A stretch of 64,000 bases of DNA from Desulfobacterales bacterium. Lineage in GTDB: Bacteria; Desulfobacterota; Desulfobacteria; Desulfobacterales; UBA2156. Below the pieces are notes generated by a model. The model was given only the letters and a program-made list of their open reading frames with translations, was not told the DNA's origin and did not search any database. How positions within the stretch are numbered: position 1 is the first letter of the stretch; every line of letters begins with the position of its first letter. Position numbers and translations under genes: made by a program. Positions 57,743-64,000 of this stretch are shown here, in pieces. The stretch is from positions 7,449 to 71,448 of the forward strand of contig DRHF01000028.1 in the NCBI GenBank assembly GCA_011049715.1, written 5' to 3'.

Positions 57743-59413
57743 ATGAAAAAATTAATACAGGAAAATGAAAAATGGGAAAATGAAATTCTATCAGATGAAC
57801 TTAAGAAATCGGGGGAGAGAAAAGCTGATTTTAGTACCGCTTCCGGTATCCCTATAAAGAGATTATATTCACCGATTGATATGGAGGGCAAGGGCTTTGA
57901 TTATTTAAGAGACCTGAATTTTCCAGGATCTTATCCATTTACCAGGGGTAAAACACCGACAATGTACAGGAGTGACTTCTGGATTTTTGGACAATATGCC
58001 GGTTTTGGAACGGCAGAAGAGGCAAATAAAAGGTATAAATATTTAATGTCAAAGGGTTCTTCGGGTCTGTCTGTGGCCTTGGATCTTCCCACCCAAGTGG
58101 GCCTTGACTCTGATCATGATTTAGCCCGCGGTGAGGTTGGTAAAGTGGGTGTTGCCATTAATTCATTTAAAGACATTGAAGATTTGTTTGACGGAATTCC
58201 CCTGAATAAGCCAAGGCAGATCAGCACAACCGCCAACTCTATGGGGCCTGTCTGGGCTGCGATGCTCATAGCCTTAGGAAAAAAGCAGGGCGTTTCTCCT
58301 GAGAAATATAACTTGCGTCTTCAAAATGATAGTCTAAAGGAGTTTATCGCCCGTGGAACCTATATATTTCCGCCAAGTCCATCTTTGAAATTTTCTTGCG
58401 ATGTGATCGAGTATTTCGCGAATAATTCTCCGGGATGGTTTCCCATATCCATTTCCGGATATCATATTAGAGAAGCAGGGGCAACGGCAGTGCAAGAAGT
58501 GGCATTCACCATGGCAAATGCAATTGCGTATATCGAAGAAACCCTTAGCAGAGGTCTATCATTTGAAAAATTTGGTCCTCAATTAAGCGTTTTCTTGTCT
58601 TCCGGAATGGATCTGTTTGAGGAAATTGCAAAATTCAGGGCGATGAGAAGAGTGTGGTCTCGAATAATAAAAGAAAGATTCAAAATTGACGATTCAAAAC
58701 TATTGGCCTTAAACTTAATCTGCTTTACCGCCGGCTCAACCTTAACCGCCCAGCAGCCTTATAATAATTTAATGAGGGTAACGATTGAAGCCCTGGCTTC
58801 CGTCCTTGGCGGGTGCCAATCCCTTTTACCATCCTCTATGGACGAAGCGTTGTGTACACCTACGGAAAAAGCTGTTACTCTTTCTTTGAGGACACAGCAA
58901 ATCCTGGCCTATGAGACTAATATTGCCAGTACTATTGACCCGTTAGGAGGATCCTATTTCGTCGAGACATTAACTTTCGAGATCGAGGAAAGCGTTTTGG
59001 ATTACCTCGATAAAATTGATGAGATGGGAGGAGCAGTGCGTGCCATTGAAAATGGATTCTTCCAGAAAGAAATTTCCGAAGCATCGTTTCGTCGATATCA
59101 AAAGATAGAGACTGGAGAAGATGTGGTTGTGGGAGCTAATAAATTTGTCCACGATGAGGATACGAATATCGAAATAATGAAGACAGATCCGGAGTCAGAA
59201 ATACGGCAAGTGGAAAAAGTGAGGCGTGTGCGAAAAGAGAGAAACAATGACAGAGTTGAAAAAGCATTAGGGGAATTGAGAAAGAGTGCTGACAGGAATG
59301 ATAATCTGGTTCCCCCAATTTTAGAAGCCGTGAAATCCTATGCGACCATTGGGGAGATATGTGATGTATTGCGAGATGTCTATGGCGAACACGATCAACC
59401 CTCTTGTTACTGA
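57743..59413 (+). CDS. acyl-CoA mutase large (catalytic) subunit, methylmalonyl-CoA-mutase-like
   Basis: About 556 aa with MCM TIM-barrel motifs (PFTRG...MYRSDFWIFGQYAGFGT, LSVALDLPTQVG, QNDSLKEFIARGTYIFPP). The track start 57686 is upstream; I prefer the ATG at 57743. Confidence 0.9.
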   Translation: MKKLIQENEKWENEILSDELKKSGERKADFSTASGIPIKRLYSPIDMEGKGFDYLRDLNFPGSYPFTRGKTPTMYRSDFWIFGQYAGFGTAEEANKRYKYLMSKGSSGLSVALDLPTQVGLDSDHDLARGEVGKVGVAINSFKDIEDLFDGIPLNKPRQISTTANSMGPVWAAMLIALGKKQGVSPEKYNLRLQNDSLKEFIARGTYIFPPSPSLKFSCDVIEYFANNSPGWFPISISGYHIREAGATAVQEVAFTMANAIAYIEETLSRGLSFEKFGPQLSVFLSSGMDLFEEIAKFRAMRRVWSRIIKERFKIDDSKLLALNLICFTAGSTLTAQQPYNNLMRVTIEALASVLGGCQSLLPSSMDEALCTPTEKAVTLSLRTQQILAYETNIASTIDPLGGSYFVETLTFEIEESVLDYLDKIDEMGGAVRAIENGFFQKEISEASFRRYQKIETGEDVVVGANKFVHDEDTNIEIMKTDPESEIRQVEKVRRVRKERNNDRVEKALGELRKSADRNDNLVPPILEAVKSYATIGEICDVLRDVYGEHDQPSCY

Positions 59414-59676
59414 ATCGTGTAAGACTTGTAAAAGTCAGACTTGGTGAATCTGTCATTTCGAACATAGGCAGAAATCTTATGTTTTCAATGCCTGCCCTCC
59501 TCGCCTGAGCAGCTCGTAATGGCGGCTAGGTGGCGGGTAAGCCTCTCACGTTGAAGATTTTTCACTTCGATCGAAATAGCAACTGGATTGTATAGGAATT
59601 TCCTTTTTATGACAATGGGATGATCGGAGGCCATTTGACGAACAATATTTCATTTTATTTGTGTAATCATGTGGCG

Positions 59677-59820
59677 CTATTAAGCTAAAATAAGCTCATA
59701 AAAAGACACTATAATTTCAAATAAATGGCCGACTGGTCGGTCATTTTGATTGGAAAGACCCAATTCAGCCCGCGTGTGGAAATCGGAAATACCGCTTGAC
59801 TCACAGAAACCTTTTCCTTA
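59677..59820. repeat. copy B of the 144-bp intergenic repeat (upstream of the intact acyl-CoA synthetase)
   Basis: Matches 33742-33885 (9 mismatches by eye). Marks the right boundary of the island. Confidence 0.85.
59723..59744. promoter_or_regulatory. candidate TetR operator palindrome (copy B)
   Basis: AATGGCCGACTGGTCGGTCATT, which differs by one base from copy A. Lies about 165 nt upstream of the ACS ATG. Confidence 0.4.
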
Positions 59821-59907
59821 ATTTCATGAAAACATTTATCACATTAGCGAGGTCGTAAATTTCAAAAAAGAATAAATGGCAACCCAGACAATAGGGTGGA
59901 GGAGAAA

Positions 59908-61437
59908 ATGTTTGAAGAGTCATTCGGGGATTGTTTTAGAAAATCCTTTTTAACCCATCAAAACAACAATGCGATCACTTTTATTAGAGATGGAAAGGTA
60001 GAAACAGAAATCTCATATATTGAATTGGACCGACATACCAACCGGATGGCCCACGGGTTTCAGACTCTAGGGATTAAAAAGGGAGACCGCGTCATTCTGT
60101 TCATTCAAAAATCTCTGTTTTTGGTGGTTTCTCATCTGGCGCTTCAAAAGATAGGGGCTGTCTCCGTACCATTGAATCCGGGATTTAGAAAATCTGAAAT
60201 GAAATATTTGATCCAGGACGCAAAGGTAAAAGTAATATTATCCGATCCCGCCAAGGAAGCCCTCATCAGGGAAGTAGATCCGAACCTCACCAATTTGGTG
60301 ATTGATTCTCAAAAACCTTATCATGACATCGATGTTTTCAGCGGTGTCTCCGAAAAATTTATCCCGAATAAAATCAAATCAGATGATCCCGGGCTTATCA
60401 TCTACACCTCCGGCACCACCGGCAAGCCCAAAGGGGCGATTCTTACCCAGAAGAATCTGATCCATGATGCTCGAACTATCATCAATATTTGGGAAATCAC
60501 CGATTCAGATGTATTGTGTCACGCCCTCCCACTTTTTCATATCCACGGGTTATGTTTTGCACTCCACACCGCTTTGATGGCAGGATCTGTGGTGCTCATG
60601 CTCGATGAGTTTTCGCCGGGCCGGGTTTTGTCTGTTCTGAGGAAAGAACACGGGCGGTATACTCCCACGATTTTTATGGCGGTCCCCGCCATGTATGGCA
60701 AATTACTCAACCATGTTGGAGGGAAAAAACTCGATTTTGAACATCTGCGTCTCTGTACATCCGGCTCCGCCCCCCTACTCCCAAAAGATTTTAAGCGGAT
60801 AAAAAGAATGTTTGGCAAAGAACCGGTGGAACGTGAAGGTATGTCAGAAACCGGGATGAATTTTTCTAATCCATTGAAGGGTAAACGAAAGCCCGGGTCT
60901 ATTGGGTTGCCCCTGCCGGATCTTGAGGTGAAGATTGTCGACCCCAATACCTTTGAGGTTATGCCCCGGGGGCAACAAGGCGAAATTTGGCTAAACGGTC
61001 CTGCAATCACCCCGGGTTACTGGCGTAAGCCGGAAGAAACCGCCTTGGCATTTGAAAACGGATGGTTTAGGACCGGTGACATGGGGAGGATTGATGAGGA
61101 CGGGTATTACTACCTCACAGATCGCATCAAGCATATCATCATCTCCGGTGGTGAAAATATATCCCCAAAAGAGGTAGAGATAATCATTAACCGGATTGAG
61201 GATGTGGTAGAATCATCTGTGGTCGGTATCCCCGATGAAAAGTGGGGAGAAAAGGTCGTCGCAGCTGTTGTTCTAAAGCCCGGTTCAATGGTTAAATCAA
61301 ATGATATCAAAAAATTCTGTAAGGATCATCTTCATAGCTGGAAATGTCCCAAAGAGATTGTTTTACCCAAAAAGCTGCCCAAAAACACGATGGGAAAAAT
61401 AATGAAAGAATCGGTAAAAAAATTGTTTAATGGCTAA
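59908..61437 (+). CDS. AMP-forming acyl-CoA synthetase
   Basis: 509 aa from the ATG at 59908 (RBS GGAGGAG). Motifs IYTSGTTGKPKG, GWFRTGDMG and GGENISPKEVE. Confidence 0.85.
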   Translation: MFEESFGDCFRKSFLTHQNNNAITFIRDGKVETEISYIELDRHTNRMAHGFQTLGIKKGDRVILFIQKSLFLVVSHLALQKIGAVSVPLNPGFRKSEMKYLIQDAKVKVILSDPAKEALIREVDPNLTNLVIDSQKPYHDIDVFSGVSEKFIPNKIKSDDPGLIIYTSGTTGKPKGAILTQKNLIHDARTIINIWEITDSDVLCHALPLFHIHGLCFALHTALMAGSVVLMLDEFSPGRVLSVLRKEHGRYTPTIFMAVPAMYGKLLNHVGGKKLDFEHLRLCTSGSAPLLPKDFKRIKRMFGKEPVEREGMSETGMNFSNPLKGKRKPGSIGLPLPDLEVKIVDPNTFEVMPRGQQGEIWLNGPAITPGYWRKPEETALAFENGWFRTGDMGRIDEDGYYYLTDRIKHIIISGGENISPKEVEIIINRIEDVVESSVVGIPDEKWGEKVVAAVVLKPGSMVKSNDIKKFCKDHLHSWKCPKEIVLPKKLPKNTMGKIMKESVKKLFNG

Positions 61438-61878
61438 ACAACTCGAGTTTCGCATCTTTGATTTTTCAAAAATCCACCTCCGGCGCGAAGCGAACTAAAA
61501 TTTGGTATTGCTTCGCTATATCGGGAATCCGATGAAGATACAAAATCGATTATCAAATGCGCGAATGAGGTTCGGTATCGGGCAAAACAGGAAGGTTGAA
61601 CCTTTGATTGTACAACCACCGATTTTCCTTGACAAACAAACTTTCTTTTCGTTACGCTTTCACCAAAATGCCGGCACTGGATTTCTCACTTTTATCACAG
61701 GGCAACAACAGATGGCTCTATATCATCCTGTGAAACATCATTTCCCGCAACATCAACACAACTCAATGGATAAAATCTGCTTTGTTAAAACCAATAAAAA
61801 ACGGCACCGGAGGGTTGCAGATTTTTTTTGAATCTGTTATCCATCATCGATACACCGGTAACAGGAAACTATTGAAAA

Positions 61879-62313
61879 ATGGAGGAGTTTCCGATGAATC
61901 AAAATGAGAATAATGGTAGTGTCCGGGACAAAAACACCGCTGAGAACGGCCTGGAACTGTTAAAGATAACTCGTGAATCTTTTCGTACACCGGTCAGTGG
62001 CGCCGGTACCGAGACTGCTCAAATTGACGACCAACTTTTTGATATTGAAAATATTGGCCCGAGCGGAATCGGAATCCGAGTCGCACAGGCCGATATGTTT
62101 TCCGTTAATCAGGAACTCGATTCGATTCAGCTTGTTTTGGAAGGAAACGCTTTTCATTTCAAAGGGAGGGTTATTCATTTCTCTCCCGACGGAGCCGGCA
62201 AGTTCCTCTGTGGCATAGAGTTTGTTGACATGGACCGGAAAAGCGAGGAAAAGCTCCTTGAATACCTCCAAAAGAGCCGGACCGAATTGTTTCCAAAACA
62301 AAGGGAGGATTGA
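61879..62313 (+). CDS. PilZ-domain-like protein
   Basis: 144 aa. RxxxR (RESFR) followed about 25 aa later by an IGPSGIGI motif and a beta-barrel-like remainder. RBS GGAGGAG lies upstream. The D/N of the second motif is not canonical. Confidence 0.55.
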   Translation: MEEFPMNQNENNGSVRDKNTAENGLELLKITRESFRTPVSGAGTETAQIDDQLFDIENIGPSGIGIRVAQADMFSVNQELDSIQLVLEGNAFHFKGRVIHFSPDGAGKFLCGIEFVDMDRKSEEKLLEYLQKSRTELFPKQRED

Positions 62314-62381
62314 TTGAGGACGATTGTCGGGGGGCGGTCAATGACGGCTCTGTTTGTGCGGGATAAAAGGAAAGCGAAACG

Positions 62382-62753
62382 ATGGCGGAAAACAAAAAAA
62401 AACAAGATGTTTTGAAGGCGATTTTAAGCGACTCGGAAGATAACTTTGTTCCGGGCGTAAAAGAACTGGAAAAACTGATTCACCGTTCCGTTGTGATAGA
62501 AAAACCCGAGGCAGAGAAAAAGAAAAGACCCAAAAAGAGAAAAACAACATACTATCTCACCGAAGAGATCTTCGAAAATCTCGGTGACGCCAAAGAAATA
62601 ATAAGAAAAATGCTTCCCGATATTCAAAAATCTAAAATTTCTAAGACCCGGATCGTCAACTCCGCTTTAAAAATGATATTAAAAGAATTTGAATCCAAAG
62701 GGGGCGACAGCACATTGGTAAAACAAATTCAAAAGCGTGATCCAAAATCATGA
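62382..62753 (+). CDS. small basic protein with a predicted ribbon-helix-helix-like C-terminal half
   Basis: 123 aa. Lys-rich tract (EKKKRPKKRK), then TTYYLTEEIFENLGDAKEIIRKM...SKTRIVNSALKMIL (strand-helix-helix by eye). Lies directly upstream of the ParA-like gene. Confidence 0.4.
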   Translation: MAENKKKQDVLKAILSDSEDNFVPGVKELEKLIHRSVVIEKPEAEKKKRPKKRKTTYYLTEEIFENLGDAKEIIRKMLPDIQKSKISKTRIVNSALKMILKEFESKGGDSTLVKQIQKRDPKS

Positions 62754-62787
62754 TTCTTGCCCTAGAACACAAACAGGAGGCTGTCTG

Positions 62788-63702
62788 ATGGTTGTCACGT
62801 GCCCAAATTGTAAAAAACAGCATGATATAGATGAAAAGCGAATCCCGGTGAACGTTAAAGTCGCCCGCTGTAGAGCCTGCGGGCAACGATTTTCACTATA
62901 TCCATCTGAAAAAACAGATTCGCCTGACCAAAGACCGGGAAAAGCACCGAGGAAAATCGGTGTGACCCTCAGCAAGGGGGGTGTAGGAAAAACAACAACC
63001 GCAGTCAATCTGGCCGCGGGTCTCGCCCTTGCCGGAAAAAAAGTGTTACTTGTCGATACAGACACCCAGGGTCAAGATAGTTACATGTTGGGGACAAAGC
63101 CGAAAGCAGGCCTGACGGAACTGGTTGCAGGAGAGCTTGCCCCGGAGGAGATTATCACTTTGGCAAGGGAGGGGTTATGGATTTTGGCCGGTGGAAAATC
63201 GCTTGCCGGACTTAAACGATTGATCGACAGAAAAGATTTTGGAGGAGAACTAACCCTTACCGAAGCACTGGCCCCGTTGGAAGACCAATATGACTACATT
63301 ATTGTTGATACCTCTCCGGGCTGGGATCCGTTGACCGTAAACGTTCTGTTTTATATCGAGGAAATATTAACGCCCGTTTCGCTTGAGGTGATGGCACTGC
63401 ATGGACTTTTGGAATTTTTAAAAAGCGTTTCGACGATTCAGAGATATCGAAAGGAACTCGCCCTTCGGTATATCCTCCCGACGTTTTTGGATTACAGGGT
63501 CAAACATCCAACCGATATCCTGGGCAAGCTTGAAAAGCTATACAGTCACATGCTTTGCACCCCGATCCGGTATAATGTGACGCTTTCGGAAGCGCCTGGA
63601 TATGGACAGACAATTTATGAATTTGCACCCGGATCAAATGGGGCAGAGGACTATCGGGAGCTGATACGGAAGGTTGCCGACGACCCTTCCCTTTTCCAAT
63701 AG
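62788..63702 (+). CDS. ParA/MinD-family ATPase with an N-terminal MJ0042-type zinc ribbon
   Basis: 304 aa from the ATG at 62788 (AGGAGG 7 nt upstream). Zinc ribbon CPNCKK...CRACGQRF, then deviant Walker A (LSKGGVGKTTTAVNLA) and Walker B (IIVDTSPG). Confidence 0.8.
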   Translation: MVVTCPNCKKQHDIDEKRIPVNVKVARCRACGQRFSLYPSEKTDSPDQRPGKAPRKIGVTLSKGGVGKTTTAVNLAAGLALAGKKVLLVDTDTQGQDSYMLGTKPKAGLTELVAGELAPEEIITLAREGLWILAGGKSLAGLKRLIDRKDFGGELTLTEALAPLEDQYDYIIVDTSPGWDPLTVNVLFYIEEILTPVSLEVMALHGLLEFLKSVSTIQRYRKELALRYILPTFLDYRVKHPTDILGKLEKLYSHMLCTPIRYNVTLSEAPGYGQTIYEFAPGSNGAEDYRELIRKVADDPSLFQ

Positions 63703-63876
63703 ACGCTTACCCTCCACATCATCAAGCCTTTGGTGATTTGCTTAGATCACCGGTCCACCGCAAGTATTCTATCTTTCTCGGTTGTAAAATCAGATGATGC
63801 TTTTTAATGTTTTAAAACCGTAAAAGGACACCGGTTAAGCGGATAATTGAGATGAAATCGATAAGTGAGGTTTAAC

Positions 63877-64000
63877 CATGCTGGAAGACAAGGCCAGAGC
63901 CGGCAAAATTAGAAAGAGATTACGATTGACCTATCCCGAAGTCACGACACAGCTCCATTACGGGACATCCTTCGAACTTCTTGTTGCGACCATATTGTCC
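63877..64000 (+). CDS. nth: endonuclease III, 3'-truncated by the window edge
   Basis: MLEDKARAGKIRKRLRLTYPEVTTQLHYGTSFELLVATILS matches the Nth N-terminus pattern (...FELLIAVLLSAQ). Not in the ORF track because it is cut by the window end. Confidence 0.65.

Noticed and set aside
59414-59676. Right island junction region with inverted GTCATTTCGA / TCGAAATAGC motifs about 110 nt apart, which suggests a small repeat or MITE remnant.
   Set aside because: There is only an 8/10 match, and no second copy in this window to confirm repetitiveness. A whole-genome copy-number check is needed.
61803-61819. Sigma-54-like element GGCAC-N-TTGCA upstream of the PilZ-like gene.
   Set aside because: The GG to GC spacing is 14 nt, against the 12 nt expected from the TGGCAC-N5-TTGC consensus. 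It is probably a chance match.
61502-61831. 109-aa ORF (and the 61-aa minus-strand ORF at 61434..61619) in the 440-nt gap upstream of the PilZ-like gene.
   Set aside because: It has no RBS, an odd composition (His/Gln/Phe-rich) and no recognisable motif. The region is more likely a regulatory or untranslated region.
61438-61878. Possible c-di-GMP (GEMM) riboswitch in front of the PilZ gene.
   Set aside because: I found GGGCAAAAC but not the paired ACGCAAAGC-type motif or the expected helices. There is no support.
1-64000. Search for CRISPR arrays, tRNA, rRNA, tmRNA, integrases, toxin-antitoxin pairs and recognisable defence genes.
   Set aside because: I noticed no regularly spaced direct repeats, no cloverleaf-like sequences in the intergenic regions, and no defence-type domains. 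The absence is by eye only and should be confirmed with tRNAscan-SE, Infernal, and PADLOC or DefenseFinder.

Overview
The window reads as an anaerobe-type bacterial chromosome; gene content suggests Desulfobacterota, but that is inference only. It has three parts.

(1) 1-33.6 kb is dense, ordinary housekeeping DNA:
- fabF (5' partial), rpiB, dCMP deaminase, nrdR-ribD-ribE-ribBA-ribH-nusB, ispG, proS, rel, rpmB, bamD, trxB-trxA and rubrerythrin
- purN, a Na/Pi transporter with a PhoU-like partner, a PPTase and rsmI-yraN-rnhB
- the rpsP-KH-rimM-trmD-SPOUT-rplS cluster, ffh and rlmN
- a tetR-MFP-RND efflux operon

(2) 33.74-34.37 kb is a mosaic scar. It is made of diverged copies of four other places in this window, joined at short microhomologies. 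It marks the left edge of a ~25-kb accessory island (34.4-59.7 kb). By eye the island differs from the flanks in codon usage (AGA/AGG Arg codons, A/T-rich third positions) and has strong AGGAGG-type ribosome binding sites. The island encodes:
- a GntR regulator, a methylmalonyl-CoA-epimerase-like VOC protein and an AMP-forming CoA ligase
- a DapB-like amine dehydrogenase candidate and a class III aminotransferase
- a Liv-type ABC importer and two tandem ornithine-cyclodeaminase/mu-crystallin paralogs
- a hydantoinase/oxoprolinase B+A pair, a tungsten-type aldehyde:ferredoxin oxidoreductase and a MoaD/ThiS-like protein
- a decayed IS701-like element, then a split-subunit B12 acyl-CoA mutase with MeaB and a frameshifted second epimerase

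I know of no characterised pathway with this gene combination. It is my best candidate for an undescribed system, namely anaerobic catabolism of a lactam, cyclic amino acid or diamino acid.

(3) 59.7-64 kb returns to flank-like DNA: an acyl-CoA synthetase, then a PilZ / small RHH-like / zinc-ribbon-ParA trio, then the start of nth.

I recognised no rRNA, tRNA or CRISPR array. All similarity statements come from reading the sequence and from memory of protein families. No database search was run.
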